A stretch of 64,000 bases of DNA from Octopus vulgaris (lineage: Eukaryota). This document shows, in pieces, positions 63,120 through 64,000 of this stretch; the stretch's first letter is position 1, and each line of letters starts with the position of its first letter. A program made the translations under genes and the position numbers. The stretch lies in NCBI GenBank assembly GCA_951406725.2, contig OX597820.1:105338001-105402000 (forward strand), read 5' to 3'. The notes under the pieces are model-generated. The model saw nothing but the letters and a program-made list of their open reading frames with translations, did not search any database and was not told the DNA's origin.

Positions 63120-63526
63120 GTATGTGGGTGTGCATGCGTGCATGTGTGTATATCATTCAAAAGACCATGAAGGTAATATGTTACTTGGAAGCAAATGAAG
63201 GTTAGTAACAGGAATAGTGTCCAAGTGTTGAAAAACTTGCCTCAAGTTTTATATGAACTATCCTAGCATGGAAAAAATGGACATTAAAATGGCAATGACT
63301 GTTCCTGACACTACTCGATGCTTCATAGCAATAATATCTTGAAAGTATTTTAAATGCAAACACATACAATCTTTGTCACATATATGTGACCTTCAATATA
63401 ATTTGAGCTGCACTTTTTGTACACAATGATCAATGATATTATCTCTTATCTTCTTTTCACACTTGAGCACAATGTGACCTTGTATTTTGGCACTGATGTT
63501 TGCGTTGAATTTCTCATATTATATAG

Positions 63527-63561
<35 letters not shown>

Positions 63562-64000
63562 TCCTTGCCTTGACAATGTGCTATAATTGTAAACAAGCAT
63601 CATTGTCATATAAGTGGTGTCCAGACTCCCACGAAAACATATTTGGCTATGGGGAAATATGACCTTGCTTGGAAACAGGTGAGGGTTGGTGACAGGTAGG
63701 GCATCCACCTGTAGAAAATCTGCCTTAATGAATTAATTCCATCTGACCCGACCTATGCAAGCATGGAAAAAGTGGACAAGATAATGATGCTAATAACAAA
63801 GATGATGATGATGGTGATGATGAAAATGCTGATAATGATTCACAAGAAAGTATGGTAGGTTATTATATTTAGTTGCTAACAGACTAGCAAGGTCGTCTGG
63901 GAAGGGTTAACTCTTAGTGCCTGTGTCCTTGAATATGTATGTTCTGAGAGCTGTTGAATTGTTGATCTTTGTGTATACTGTTTGCTGCCAACTGACTGCT

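Overview
AT-rich, repeat-dense eukaryotic genomic DNA. The SINE, RTE and MITE families point to an octopus (coleoid cephalopod); this assignment is an inference. The window holds one complete protein-coding gene: the nuclear exosome RNA helicase MTR4 (MTREX/SKIV2L2), + strand, 26 coding exons from ATG 12170 to TAG 48620. All introns are GT-AG and the exon phases join into 3075 nt (1024 aa). The rest is transposon material: tRNA-derived SINEs, RTE LINE fragments (one young 3.2-kb copy with a 5' inversion), a HERO/R2-like endonuclease fragment, mariner and piggyBac elements with MITEs, and nested Helitrons. The most notable item is at 1389-2155: a target-site-duplicated insertion built from a 356-nt, hairpin-dense tandem unit carrying a minimal type I hammerhead ribozyme motif. 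Its inversion geometry implies reverse transcription from a multimeric or circular RNA, so it is a candidate octopus retrozyme. Other oddities are a duplicated splice acceptor before exon 22, two long intronic fold-backs, an ~83-bp duplication around a LINE fragment, and inverted rather than direct flanking repeats around the young RTE. All alignments and folds were done by eye.
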